The notes below the pieces were generated by a model. That model saw only the letters and a program-made list of their open reading frames with translations. It had not been told where the DNA came from and made no database searches. The position numbers and the translations under genes are program-made. From a virus (Duplodnaviria; Caudoviricetes), in IMG/VR virus record IMGVR_UViG_3300020477_000013, positions 64,001-128,000 of that record: a stretch of DNA of 64,000 nt; one strand, given 5' to 3'. Below are positions 9,575 to 20,035 of the stretch, one piece after another; positions within the stretch are counted from its first letter, which is position 1; each line of letters begins with the position of its first letter.

Positions 9575-12061
9575 ATGTTTAAATTTGAGGAAGCTGTCAG
9601 AGAATCTTCTGAGTATTTTTGTAATGACGAACTAGCTGCGAACGTTTTTATTACGAAATATGCTCTTACTGACAAGCACGGTAATTTGCATGAAAAGACA
9701 CCTGATGATATGCATCGCCGTTTAGCACGTGAATTTGCACGAGTAGAATCTACCTACCCCAACCCACTAAGCGAAGAAGAAATATATGGATTATTTAAAG
9801 ATTTCAGGTTTATAATCCCGCAGGGTTCTCCCATGTCGGGAATAGGAAACCCGTATCAAGTTCAGTCAATTTCTAACTGTTTTGTAATTGAGTCTCCGCA
9901 CGATTCATATGGGGGAATTCTCAAGGCAGATCAAGAGCTAGTCCAGATAGCAAAGAGAAGGGGAGGTGTGGGATTCGATCTTTCCACGATTAGACCACAT
10001 GGAGTCGCGACTGCAAACTGTGCAAAGACGACTGACGGTATCGAGGTATTCATGGACCGTTTTTCAAATTCATGTCGTGAAGTTGCACAAAATGGTCGCC
10101 GCGGCGCCTTAATGCTTTCAATCTCTGTCCATCACCCCCAGATTTGTGATTTTATAAAAATCAAGCGTGATCTAACTAGGGTGACTGGTGCAAATATTTC
10201 TGTTCGCCTATCTGACGAGTTTTTGAATGCCGTCGAGGCCGGTACCGATGTTGAGTTGAGGTTCCCTGTCGACAGTAAAGAGCCATTGATATCTAAGAAT
10301 GTAGATGCATTAGAGCTGTGGGATCAAATTATCGAGAATGCTCATGCATGTGCTGAGCCTGGCCTTTTGTTTTGGGATACTGCGACATCTATGACACCAT
10401 CTGATGTGTATAAAGATGAAGGTTTTGGTTCTACCTCAACTAACCCATGCGGTGAAATTATCCTGTCACCGTATGATAGTTGCCGGCTCATGGTGGTTAA
10501 CCTATTGTCTTTTGTTGATAATCCGTATACCGATAATGCAAGTTTCAATTATGAAAAAATGGCCGAAGTAGTCCAGAAGGCACAGAGACTAATGGATGAC
10601 ATGATTGACTTGGAGGTAGAGCAAGTTGAAAAGATACTTACGAAGATTGACATGGACCCTGAACCTGACGAGGTAAAACAGATTGAAAAAGACTTGTGGG
10701 AAAATATTAAGACTCAGGCAATCTTAGGTCGTAGAACAGGCCTAGGCGTAACAGCAGTAGGAGATGCCCTTGCTGCTTTAGGTATTCGATATGGGTCTAG
10801 TGACTCTATTGAGGTTGTAGAGTTATTTTATAAAACCCTGGCTGTGAATGCTTACCGCTCTTCTTGTATTATGGCAAAAGAGCGCGGTTCTTTTGAGATG
10901 CACGATCATAACAAAGAAAGAAACCACCCTTTTTTAGAGCGGATATTTGAGGCTGCACCTGACGTTAGAGAGATGAGTAAAAAATATGGTCGCAGAAATA
11001 TTGCTCTCACTACAACTGCACCTGCTGGATCTGTGTCCGTTTTGACCCAGACTACATCAGGGATCGAGCCGGCTTTTATGCTCCACTATACACGCCGCAA
11101 GAAGCTAACTGAAAATGATGCAGATGGCCGTGTGGATTTTGTCGATGAGAGCGGTGATCGATGGCAAGAGTATAACGTCTACCACCATGGGTTTAAGAAG
11201 TGGATGGAGGCCTTTGGCGCTGGTGGAGATGAGGCCACGAATAATGAGAAGCTTGTCGAGATGAGCCCGTATAACGGTGCAACTGCAAATGAGATAGATT
11301 GGGTTGCGAAAGTTAAGATGCAGGCTGCGGCTCAAAAATGGGTTTGTCATGCGATTTCTAATACAACAAATCTACCAGCAGATGTTGACATAGAGACAGT
11401 AAAGGACGTTTATTTAACTGGATGGAAGTTAGGGTGCAAGGGAGTAACTGTCTATAGGGACGGATCTAGGGCTGGTGTTCTTGTGGGCGCTAGCAACGAG
11501 TCCGGAAGTGAATTTACGACGCAAGAAGCTCCATCTCGCCCTGATGAGTTAAAATGCTCTATTCATCATGCTAGTATTAAGGGTGAGGCATGGACAATAT
11601 TGGTCGGGCTCATGGATGGGCGTCCGTATGAGGTTATGGGGGGCCTGCAGAAATATATCGAAATACCCAAGAAATACAGGAAAGGTACAATTATTAAGCA
11701 TCATTACAAGACAAAAAATTCCCGCTATGACCTACGTATAGGAAAGAATGGTGATGAAATTTTGATTAAAGATATAGTCTCGGTGTTTGATAATCCTAAC
11801 CATGCAGGATTTACAAGGACGATATCGCTAGCTCTTCGGCATGGTGCACCCTTGCAATATATCGTAGAGCAGCTTCAAAAAGACAGGGAAATGGATATGT
11901 TTTCGTTCTCCCGTGTCATTGCCAGGGTTTTGAAAAACTATATCAAGGATGGTACGCTTCCGGGTAAGACGACTTGTTCAAATTGTGGTGCAGAAGAGTC
12001 GCTAGTGTATCAAGAAGGGTGCGTAATGTGTACTGCCTGTGGCAGCGGTAAATGTGGGTAA
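9575..12061 (+). CDS. nrdJ: Class II (B12-dependent) ribonucleotide reductase with C-terminal Zn ribbon
   Basis: SNCF; TNPCGEI; RRTGLG; TTAPAGS; CKGVTVYRDGSR; CSNC...CTAC. No nrdB nearby. Confidence 0.92.
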   Translation: MFKFEEAVRESSEYFCNDELAANVFITKYALTDKHGNLHEKTPDDMHRRLAREFARVESTYPNPLSEEEIYGLFKDFRFIIPQGSPMSGIGNPYQVQSISNCFVIESPHDSYGGILKADQELVQIAKRRGGVGFDLSTIRPHGVATANCAKTTDGIEVFMDRFSNSCREVAQNGRRGALMLSISVHHPQICDFIKIKRDLTRVTGANISVRLSDEFLNAVEAGTDVELRFPVDSKEPLISKNVDALELWDQIIENAHACAEPGLLFWDTATSMTPSDVYKDEGFGSTSTNPCGEIILSPYDSCRLMVVNLLSFVDNPYTDNASFNYEKMAEVVQKAQRLMDDMIDLEVEQVEKILTKIDMDPEPDEVKQIEKDLWENIKTQAILGRRTGLGVTAVGDALAALGIRYGSSDSIEVVELFYKTLAVNAYRSSCIMAKERGSFEMHDHNKERNHPFLERIFEAAPDVREMSKKYGRRNIALTTTAPAGSVSVLTQTTSGIEPAFMLHYTRRKKLTENDADGRVDFVDESGDRWQEYNVYHHGFKKWMEAFGAGGDEATNNEKLVEMSPYNGATANEIDWVAKVKMQAAAQKWVCHAISNTTNLPADVDIETVKDVYLTGWKLGCKGVTVYRDGSRAGVLVGASNESGSEFTTQEAPSRPDELKCSIHHASIKGEAWTILVGLMDGRPYEVMGGLQKYIEIPKKYRKGTIIKHHYKTKNSRYDLRIGKNGDEILIKDIVSVFDNPNHAGFTRTISLALRHGAPLQYIVEQLQKDREMDMFSFSRVIARVLKNYIKDGTLPGKTTCSNCGAEESLVYQEGCVMCTACGSGKCG

Positions 12062-12082
12062 AGGAAAAAAAGAGGTTAGCAG

Positions 12083-12685
12083 ATGAAGTGGGTTTCCAAA
12101 ATATCAGGTTTAATAAAAGAGATAGAGTTAAGAAAAAGCCCGGTGATTATTAGGGTTAATAAATTCGATGAAGAGTCTGCAAAGAAATTTTCACAAGAGA
12201 TGGCATTAGCACATAATACTGGGCAAAAAGTTATTCCCGTTGTAATTGATTCTTACGGGGGCCAAGTTTATTCACTTATGTCAATGATAGCTGCTATTAG
12301 AGATGCTGAGATTCCTGTTGCGACTATAGTCGAAGGAAAGGCGATGTCTTGCGGTGCAGTGCTGCTATCTTTTGGGGAAGACGGATTACGGTTTGCTGAT
12401 CCCCATGCAACGGTAATGATACATGATGTCTCTAGCGGGATGTATGGAAAGGTCGAGGAGCTCAAGGCCGATGTTAAAGAGGCTGAAAGGCTAGACGAAA
12501 AGATATACACAATGATGGCACGAAACTGTGGTAAGAAAGATGACTATTTCAAAAAGAAGGTCTTCAATAAAAAACATGCAGATTGGTTTATGGACGCTGA
12601 AGAAGCAAAGCGTCATGGCTTAGTTAACCACTTAAGGATACCAAAGCTTACAATTGCTGTCGATGTCAGTATAGAGATGGAGTAG
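12083..12685 (+). CDS. clpP: ClpP-family protease
   Basis: IDSYGG; GKAMSCG (Ser); VMIHD (His); MDAEEAKRHGLV. Confidence 0.88.
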   Translation: MKWVSKISGLIKEIELRKSPVIIRVNKFDEESAKKFSQEMALAHNTGQKVIPVVIDSYGGQVYSLMSMIAAIRDAEIPVATIVEGKAMSCGAVLLSFGEDGLRFADPHATVMIHDVSSGMYGKVEELKADVKEAERLDEKIYTMMARNCGKKDDYFKKKVFNKKHADWFMDAEEAKRHGLVNHLRIPKLTIAVDVSIEME

Positions 12686-12688
12686 CAT

Positions 12689-13591
12689 ATGTTCGGTATG
12701 ATGAGAAAGATATCATATAACAAAAAGTCATCTAAAAAATTAGGTTGGCGCCCTTTCTGGTTTGGGGAAGATGATTTTAGTTCCACATTAATAAAAAAGA
12801 TTAAAGAATTTCAGGAGAGCCATGATCTTAAACCAGATGGCTTGTGCGGAGATGTTACATTTCGCCGTATATATTCTGAGCAAGAGTCCTCTAAGGACGA
12901 AGATACCGGATCACAAATTATAGTCGAGGGAATTCCTATATCGATTCCGTGGGATAAAGTCGTTTCTATAGAGGATCCGGATAATCTTTCATTACCGAGA
13001 AGTTGCTATCGTCATCGAGACAGGCCTGACCCAACACAAATTGTGACGCATTTTGATGTTTGTCTTAGCGCGGCATCATGTAAGCGAGTGTTACAAAAAA
13101 GGGGCCTGTCTAGCCATTTTGTGATTGATAATGACGGTACGATATACCAGATGGTCGATACCGCATATGAGGCATGGCATGCCCCACCCTCGAATAAGAG
13201 AAGTATCGGTATCGACATAAGTAATGCATATTATGTCAAGTACAATAAAACCTATAAGTCTAGGGGGTTTGGGCTCCGCCCTGTTTTAAAAAATCTACCC
13301 TTGCATGGTACAAAGATTAAGGAGTGCCTGGGGTTTTATGATGTTCAAATAGAGGCGTACAAGGTATTACTTAACACACTTTGTGATTTTTATAAGATCC
13401 CAAAAGAGTGTCCGCTAGATGATAATGGAGATCTTCTGAGGGGCGTGTCGAAGGATGCACGGTCCGGGAAGTTTAAGGGCATTGTTTGCCATTATCATTT
13501 AACGAGAAAAAAAATTGACTGTGTTAATTTAGAGTTAAAGCAAGTGTTAGACGAAATGAAGGTCTCCGGTATGAGCAACGATGAAGCCTGA
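12689..13591 (+). CDS. Endolysin: peptidoglycan-binding domain plus N-acetylmuramoyl-L-alanine amidase (Amidase_2)
   Basis: IKEFQESHDLKPDGLCG; IVTHFD; SSHFVIDNDGTIYQ; AWHA; SIGIDI; IVCHY; KIDC. Confidence 0.88.
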   Translation: MFGMMRKISYNKKSSKKLGWRPFWFGEDDFSSTLIKKIKEFQESHDLKPDGLCGDVTFRRIYSEQESSKDEDTGSQIIVEGIPISIPWDKVVSIEDPDNLSLPRSCYRHRDRPDPTQIVTHFDVCLSAASCKRVLQKRGLSSHFVIDNDGTIYQMVDTAYEAWHAPPSNKRSIGIDISNAYYVKYNKTYKSRGFGLRPVLKNLPLHGTKIKECLGFYDVQIEAYKVLLNTLCDFYKIPKECPLDDNGDLLRGVSKDARSGKFKGIVCHYHLTRKKIDCVNLELKQVLDEMKVSGMSNDEA

Positions 13592-14291
13592 ACTAAGGGT
13601 TGAGTTATATGATGACGGCATAGGGGCTGTTGAGTATGTTTCTCATATGGGTGATGATTTAACGATCGTGAATGCAGCACGTGTGTCTTTTGGCAAGCAC
13701 AAGGAAATACTTGATCAAAAAGATGCTAAGCTGATTAGGTATTTAATCAAACATCGTCATACGTCGACGCTGGAGCATAACATTGTCACTTTTCGCTTTA
13801 CTGTACCTCTTTTCATTCGCAGTCAGCATCATCGTCATCGCACTTGGAGCTACAACGAGATCTCTAGACGGTACACGGACGTTGATATCAAATTCTATGA
13901 AACAAAAGCACTCAGGACTCAACATGCATCAAACCGTCAGGCTTCGAATCCGAATGTTTTGCAAGACCCTATTATAGACCCTGGTGGAATAAGCGGCGGG
14001 AATCATGCCAGCTACCTAATTTCATCTCATCACTCTTCTTCTTTGAGGCTATATAATAAACTACTCGACAATGGCGTCTGTAGAGAACAGGCTCGTGGCA
14101 TTTTGCCCCAAAATATGTACACACAATATTATGGTACTGTGAATTTGAATAACCTGATAAAATTTGTAGAGCTGAGATCGCATGAGGGTGCACAATGGGA
14201 GATTCAGCGTGTCGCTGCTGCATGCATACAAATAGCATCTAGCTTGTGGCCTGAAACAATTTGCGCCTACAAAGAGATTAGGGAAATTTAG
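13581..14291 (+). CDS. thyX: Flavin-dependent thymidylate synthase
   Basis: HTSTLEH; RHRTWSYNEISRRY signature; REQARGILP. Confidence 0.95.
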   Translation: MKPELRVELYDDGIGAVEYVSHMGDDLTIVNAARVSFGKHKEILDQKDAKLIRYLIKHRHTSTLEHNIVTFRFTVPLFIRSQHHRHRTWSYNEISRRYTDVDIKFYETKALRTQHASNRQASNPNVLQDPIIDPGGISGGNHASYLISSHHSSSLRLYNKLLDNGVCREQARGILPQNMYTQYYGTVNLNNLIKFVELRSHEGAQWEIQRVAAACIQIASSLWPETICAYKEIREI

Positions 14292-14302
14292 CCTGTGGAT
14301 TG

Positions 14303-14310
14303 ATAATTAT
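14303..14310 (+). promoter_or_regulatory. Putative late promoter (class L)
   Basis: ATAATTAT 19 nt upstream of the GTG at 14330. Confidence 0.5.
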
Positions 14311-14329
14311 TTCAAGCCCGGGGTGTACG

Positions 14330-17300
14330 GTGAGTTCAGAATTTGCTAGTCTCATAAGAAAATATATTGCAGAAGCCAATGATTATTCATGGGATGTTTC
14401 TAACCGCAAAAATATGTTGCTAGATCAACCTGGGATGGAGCAGGAAGATAAGGATAACACTGAGGAGTACCTAAAGTCAATGGGCTTGATGGAAAATATC
14501 ATCGCTCTTTACTTAAGGGGTATTTTAAGTGAGAAAGAACTACGCGGCCAAAAGAGCAAGCGTACACTCTACCACATTGGCAAACGACCAGCAGAGCCGA
14601 AGCCTGCTGAGCGCTGGGGTGCAAAAGGTGAGGAGGGCTGGTCTAGAGACTGGATAGAGGGCCCTGTTAAGTCTGGAGTTTTTTTAACACCCAATCCAAC
14701 AGATATTGCCTGGAATCACGGCGTCAGCGGCAATGTGTATGCCTATAAGGTTCCACAATGGGTTATTGAAAAATCAGGAGGTGTGAACCGTTTTGATACA
14801 GGCTCAGAGATCCTCATATCACAAGAGATATGGGAAGAGGCTGGGGATGAGATAGAATTCTTAGGCAAGACTATGGGCAAAGATGAGTTATGGGACTCGG
14901 TTGACTCGTCTTATTACAGCTCGAAGCAAAAGAAGGGTGTACGTGGCGCACACAAGCATGATGACGGTGCATCTAGCATCTCAGGGCTTAGATCAACCAA
15001 CCACCCCGAAGCTGCGATCAAGATGATGTCTCAAGAAGAGATCGAGAAAGCCCTAGCAAAATTTGAAAATGAGTACGCACAGGAGGGCCCTGCGGAGGTG
15101 GTCAAGGGCCCGCGAGATAAAAAAGGGCTCGTCATCCCCTACCTTGGCAAGCAACCAAGGGGTAAAGACAAAGAGCTTATTGATCTTCTCAACAAGTACA
15201 TGAAGGAGTCGGTTGTTCGACAGTATATAAAGGATCTGCTTGTAGAGGTCCCACTTGATGACTTTGAGTATGTTTCCAAAGACCACGACGATGTAATGGT
15301 CCGAGAAGAGGTTGCTGATTATTTCAAAGCGATACCACAGAGTGTCAACATCTACGTCGCACATACAGACGATCTTAGCTGGGCACATAGGCTGCCAAAC
15401 GAAATACAGGGCAAGGTATCCGGATTTAAAAGTCGAGGCCAGGTCACCCTTACTGATATTTCAAACATCGGAGAGCTATATCCTCAGATACAGAGGGCTA
15501 TGCACCCAGAAGGAATCAATCTTCTCTACGTCTACCCTAAATCTTTTGAAGTTCCTGCCGGCGGTGATACATTCATTGCTGATGTCAACCCCCACTATTT
15601 GGCTCACGATCTTCATCACATGCTTGAGAATGCCCCCGGCCGTGAAAGAGGAGAAAAAGACAAATTCACTTCTCTTATAAAAGAGTATCTGATGGAGCTG
15701 GTCTGGCTGTCTCACGGTGGCGGGTCGGTGGAAGCTGAGCAAGTGCGAGATACAATGCGGAGAACCGGCCGGCGTCTTGGGGTTGCAAATACAAACCTCT
15801 TGATGAGTGAACTGTTTCCAGGCATCAAACTACCCAGTGGTGACTTCGATCTATTTGGTGATGTCTTTGCTGACTACCTGAAGAACGATGGAAACTTAGT
15901 CCTCGGCGTTCCAGAGCAGCTCGATTATGATGGCACAGTCATTGAATTGAATCCCGGCTCTAAGCACGATCAACGAGCGCAGCAATACGAAAAGAAATTT
16001 AAAGATCTGTTCAATGCAGTATTGGATCCGCTCAAGGGAAAGGTGGCAATGTTCAACATCTTCGAGGTCGAACACCGCGAAGTAGAGCGTGCAAGGAAAC
16101 AAGCCGAAGAGAAAATGCAAGCTGACCATGGCCAACTCATCGACCACATTAAGTCTATGGGCGGAGAGTTTAAGTACTTCGACGAAAGCCACAGAGAAGA
16201 GGGTGTCGAGGAGTTGATATTTGACACCGGTCTCAAGCCTGAAAAGCCGGTCTATGGGATCGAAGAGTTCACCCAACAATTTCCAGAAGAGGCGGCTGGC
16301 ATTGAGGCTTTGGGCTACAAGATAACGAGTGCCTTTGACGGGTTCGGGGGTAGCTCTGTGGAGATTAGGCTGAAGATGGCAGGCATCAAAGAGAGCGTTT
16401 TAAGAAAATATATAAGGCAACTACTCAAAGAAGACCCCATGGGCTTTGTTCACGACCTAGCAGCCTCGGATAAGTTCGGCGATCAGTTTAGGGGTGGCCA
16501 AGTTGGTAAAGATGCTGGTCGAGATATCAAGCGCGCTTTCAACAAAAACGCAGACCACCAATTTCTCAGCACGCTGGATACAGTTCACTGGTTTTACACT
16601 GTTTACGACTTAGAGCCCTTGGTAGGAAAAGGTAAAGATGAACTTTCTGCAACAATGACGCTCCCCGGAGATAGCTTTGACCCAGCCGGTCTTCCATACG
16701 GGCTATGGATTAAGGGCAGAATAACACTGGCTACTAATGAACAAGATAAGATGTACTCCGGATTTTATGGGGACTATGGCGCCGGCTATGAAGGATCAGA
16801 AGAGGAAGTTGCTCATAGAGACCGGTCTTCTGGCAGAAATAAACGGCCATCTGTATCAAAAGATTACAGTCGATACGGCCAGCTCGAACGCGGAAATGAA
16901 TACATGGAGAAGATGGCAAGAGATGGTATTCCCTATATCTTAGATCAGTCAACATGGAATCCAGGTAAGACCAGGTCTAATAATGAGGCGCTGGTAGATA
17001 ATTGGAGGCCTATAGGGATCATTGTTGCAAAGAACGACGTTATAAAAGCTATTCTCAAAGCAGCCAAGAAACTTGCTGGAGAAGGTGGTACCCCACCGAG
17101 CGGTAATATTGCCAAAGACATTAATTATTTTTCGACTGGTGTGACACAAGAGATCATACTAGCAGCCCTACAGTTGGGCGTTCCGATTTATGACACGAGT
17201 CGAACAAAGCTATGGGGCCCTCCCACACACCAGAGTGGAACACAAAAAGAGCTCCGCCAGTACGTAAGAGGGCAGTTAATTTTAGAAGATCGAATCCTCC

Positions 17301-17644
17301 AAGAAAACGTTTTCAAGAAAGCGATTTCATGGGTAAAAGAAAAAGGGCAAGCAGGTATAGAGGCAACCCGCGAATTTCTCACTGACCTAAAAGAAGAGTT
17401 ATCAGAAACTAGGGAGGGAGCAGCACTTCTTACGAAACTAGCTTCTGGTAAAAATTTGTCGCCAGAAGAAACTGGATTTCTAAAACAGCAAGCTAAAGAT
17501 GTAGCGTCAGGTACAGTCCTACTAGGCTTGTTTGCCCTTCCGGGTGGTGGGTTGGCTACTGCAGCCCTTTTAAAAGTAGCAGGAAAAGTAGGTGTTAACC
17601 TTAAACCTACAGCATTTAGAGGGAATGATGAAACTACTTCATGA
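14330..17644 (+). CDS. Multidomain putative polyprotein with four internal leader-like motifs (ART-like, HDxxH, ART-like and LETM1-like segments)
   Basis: Motifs at 14489, 15200, 16367 and 17243 separate unrelated domains. The GTG at 14330 is preferred as start because it gives SLIRKYIAE. Confidence 0.8.
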   Translation: MSSEFASLIRKYIAEANDYSWDVSNRKNMLLDQPGMEQEDKDNTEEYLKSMGLMENIIALYLRGILSEKELRGQKSKRTLYHIGKRPAEPKPAERWGAKGEEGWSRDWIEGPVKSGVFLTPNPTDIAWNHGVSGNVYAYKVPQWVIEKSGGVNRFDTGSEILISQEIWEEAGDEIEFLGKTMGKDELWDSVDSSYYSSKQKKGVRGAHKHDDGASSISGLRSTNHPEAAIKMMSQEEIEKALAKFENEYAQEGPAEVVKGPRDKKGLVIPYLGKQPRGKDKELIDLLNKYMKESVVRQYIKDLLVEVPLDDFEYVSKDHDDVMVREEVADYFKAIPQSVNIYVAHTDDLSWAHRLPNEIQGKVSGFKSRGQVTLTDISNIGELYPQIQRAMHPEGINLLYVYPKSFEVPAGGDTFIADVNPHYLAHDLHHMLENAPGRERGEKDKFTSLIKEYLMELVWLSHGGGSVEAEQVRDTMRRTGRRLGVANTNLLMSELFPGIKLPSGDFDLFGDVFADYLKNDGNLVLGVPEQLDYDGTVIELNPGSKHDQRAQQYEKKFKDLFNAVLDPLKGKVAMFNIFEVEHREVERARKQAEEKMQADHGQLIDHIKSMGGEFKYFDESHREEGVEELIFDTGLKPEKPVYGIEEFTQQFPEEAAGIEALGYKITSAFDGFGGSSVEIRLKMAGIKESVLRKYIRQLLKEDPMGFVHDLAASDKFGDQFRGGQVGKDAGRDIKRAFNKNADHQFLSTLDTVHWFYTVYDLEPLVGKGKDELSATMTLPGDSFDPAGLPYGLWIKGRITLATNEQDKMYSGFYGDYGAGYEGSEEEVAHRDRSSGRNKRPSVSKDYSRYGQLERGNEYMEKMARDGIPYILDQSTWNPGKTRSNNEALVDNWRPIGIIVAKNDVIKAILKAAKKLAGEGGTPPSGNIAKDINYFSTGVTQEIILAALQLGVPIYDTSRTKLWGPPTHQSGTQKELRQYVRGQLILEDRILQENVFKKAISWVKEKGQAGIEATREFLTDLKEELSETREGAALLTKLASGKNLSPEETGFLKQQAKDVASGTVLLGLFALPGGGLATAALLKVAGKVGVNLKPTAFRGNDETTS

Positions 17645-18422
17645 ATACATAAGGTCGACCCTAATGTCTGAGTCTAGGTTTAAGCAGATATTTAAACCCA
17701 AATTCACAGACTTACGGCAATACTTAGCGGGGTCTTCTTTTTTGGATGCTGACCCTGCCGGTGATCTAGATGAAGACACATGGTCGTCTGAGGCCGCCGT
17801 GGTACTTAGGGACGATTTAAATGATTATTTCGATTCAAAATTTGAGTCTGGTTATTTGACAGCAATTGTGAAGGTTGATATGGGATGGACAGACCCCAAA
17901 GCTGGTAAAGACAGTGTTCTTAAGAATGCGACATATTACTTCAAGGGTGGCCTTCATTTCCTAGAGGTTATGTTAGCAGATATTGATGATGGTTCTGTCA
18001 TAAGGGACATGGGACGCCCTGAGCAAAAGGTTTACGAAGTTATTTTACACGAGCTTTTACACATGCAACAGTTTTTAAGGTTTAGCAAGGGAGAACCCAC
18101 TGATAAAAAGTGGGAACACTTCATGAAAGAGTATCGCCGCCGCGGCGGAGCATCAGGTATGGGTTCAGATTATTTCTTTTTTGACGAACCTGGTGCTGCA
18201 TCTGAACTTGAGACATTTTCGTTGCAAATTGCTATTGAGCTTGTGGATGCTATTGGTCAGGAGGCTGCTGTCGCAATATTAGGGCAACAACCTGATTATG
18301 ACATGATAAGAAGAAATTCCGCATCATTTAGAGATATTGAGAAAGCAGGTAATCTCACATCACGCCCCGAATTTAAAGAGCTGGTTAAAAGGGCGAAGCA
18401 ATACGCGAGGCTATCATCATGA
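17625..18422 (+). CDS. Leader-tagged zincin-like metallopeptidase
   Basis: MMKLLHEYIRSTLMSE; ILHELLHMQQ (HExxH) plus downstream ELETFS. Confidence 0.65.
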   Translation: MMKLLHEYIRSTLMSESRFKQIFKPKFTDLRQYLAGSSFLDADPAGDLDEDTWSSEAAVVLRDDLNDYFDSKFESGYLTAIVKVDMGWTDPKAGKDSVLKNATYYFKGGLHFLEVMLADIDDGSVIRDMGRPEQKVYEVILHELLHMQQFLRFSKGEPTDKKWEHFMKEYRRRGGASGMGSDYFFFDEPGAASELETFSLQIAIELVDAIGQEAAVAILGQQPDYDMIRRNSASFRDIEKAGNLTSRPEFKELVKRAKQYARLSS

Positions 18423-19231
18423 AATTACTACGTGAATACATAAGAACACTGTTAACCGAGCGTAATACGATGAAGCGCCCAACCGTGGGAGCAATTCTAG
18501 ACGCGATAGATGTTGTCCAAGCAGCCGAAGATGAAGAAGCAAAGAAGAAGGCCTTAAAAAAGCTTGAGAAGTCCCTGGGGTGGAAAGTAGCTAAGATGCT
18601 AGCAGGACCATTCGGCGATGCAGTTAGCATTGCAAAAGATGCCGCTGGAGTATATAAGACATTAAAGGATACAAAGAAGGCTCCTGAAAAGATGGATAAC
18701 CCTATCCTGGACTTACTTCAAGTCGATTCAGGTTATAAAAACATGTTAGACGACTCAGTCGAGTTCGAATTTGATAAAGATATGGTAAGTTATTTAAACA
18801 GCTTACCTCGAGAAGCACCACTTCCTGATATGACCGTGGAGCTTGAGAAATGGATACAGAAGAAGTTTAATAGGGGAATTTCTGGTGCTGATGTAACAGA
18901 GGTTATTTTTCGTAAGCATATAGGAAACTTAATTCGAGAAGCGATTGAAAATGAAAGTCAGTTCCGTGAGCTTTTGGAGGCTGGTCATTTTGATCAAGCC
19001 ATAGCCTTGGCAGATTCATTAGGCATCAGTGGAAGAGAACTACCTTGGACTGGTGAGCTCTTAGAAGATTACGTGTATGAGAAACTGAAGAACATTCCAA
19101 TAGATGCGTACGATGATGCCAAATTAGTTTGGCACCAGGCCAAAATTGATGCGCTAAATGTTCTAGATATTAGTCTAGAAGAGTACATGGGGCCTAGTCC
19201 ACTAATGATGTATTACAACTCTAGACGATAG
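18419..19231 (+). CDS. Leader-tagged hypothetical protein with a second internal motif
   Basis: MKLLREYIRTLLTE; internal FRKHIGNLIREAIENE. Confidence 0.75.
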   Translation: MKLLREYIRTLLTERNTMKRPTVGAILDAIDVVQAAEDEEAKKKALKKLEKSLGWKVAKMLAGPFGDAVSIAKDAAGVYKTLKDTKKAPEKMDNPILDLLQVDSGYKNMLDDSVEFEFDKDMVSYLNSLPREAPLPDMTVELEKWIQKKFNRGISGADVTEVIFRKHIGNLIREAIENESQFRELLEAGHFDQAIALADSLGISGRELPWTGELLEDYVYEKLKNIPIDAYDDAKLVWHQAKIDALNVLDISLEEYMGPSPLMMYYNSRR

Positions 19232-19242
19232 AGGGAAATGGT

Positions 19243-19485
19243 ATGAAAATAACAAAGCGACAACTTAAAAATCTTATTCGAGAAGCATTCTGGGACAAGA
19301 AGCCTCCTGCTCCCGCGGCCGGATCGGACAAGTTCATGAACCCCCTGTCAGCAGCGTCGGAGTCCATGAGGGAAGTCATATCAGCTCTATGGGGCCCATG
19401 GGACGATCCTCCCCGGCCTGATTTACTAAAGAAAGCTCAAGCTTTGGCTAAAGAAATTGATGAAGCTTCAAAGGACCAGATATGA
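19243..19485 (+). CDS. Leader-tagged small protein
   Basis: MKITKRQLKNLIREA; RBS GAGGG. Confidence 0.8.
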   Translation: MKITKRQLKNLIREAFWDKKPPAPAAGSDKFMNPLSAASESMREVISALWGPWDDPPRPDLLKKAQALAKEIDEASKDQI

Positions 19486-19772
19486 AAATCACCAAACGGC
19501 AACTAAGAAGAATCATCCGAGAAGAAATAGACCACATGACTGGTTTACCAGTGGGTACACCAGTGACCTCGGTTGAGGTTGAGTGGTATGGCCATGAGCA
19601 CACTGAGGGTGAAGGGATTAGCTACGCTGTCCCCACCGAGGTTGTCCTACAGGGTGAGAAGGTGATTCGTAACTATATCGATGGCAAGTTTTACCCTCGA
19701 TACAAGTACCTTATCACGAAGGCAACATGGCGCGAGATCGATGCGCTCATGGGGGATGACTGGAAGCGATGA
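19482..19772 (+). CDS. Leader-tagged small protein
   Basis: MKITKRQLRRIIREE; ATGA overlap. Confidence 0.8.
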   Translation: MKITKRQLRRIIREEIDHMTGLPVGTPVTSVEVEWYGHEHTEGEGISYAVPTEVVLQGEKVIRNYIDGKFYPRYKYLITKATWREIDALMGDDWKR

Positions 19773-20035
19773 AAATCACAAAAAGACAACTAAGAAGAAT
19801 CATCAAAGAAGAATTGCGGCATCTGGCTGAGTACGGATCTCGCTATGGCGATCAAGGCGAGCGAGTCACTGCCGATATGAATGATGAAGAAAAAGAGTGG
19901 TTCCAGAAAGGCGTCGAGGCTGGTAGCCATAGAGGATCCGGTTATGATGATATGCCACATCCCACCACCGCCGGCGGAGCCTGGTATGATGCATGGGTGC
20001 TTGGCTTCGAACATGCCAAGTCAGGAGGCTACTAA
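19769..20035 (+). CDS. Leader-tagged small protein
   Basis: MKITKRQLRRIIKEE; ATGA overlap. Confidence 0.8.
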   Translation: MKITKRQLRRIIKEELRHLAEYGSRYGDQGERVTADMNDEEKEWFQKGVEAGSHRGSGYDDMPHPTTAGGAWYDAWVLGFEHAKSGGY

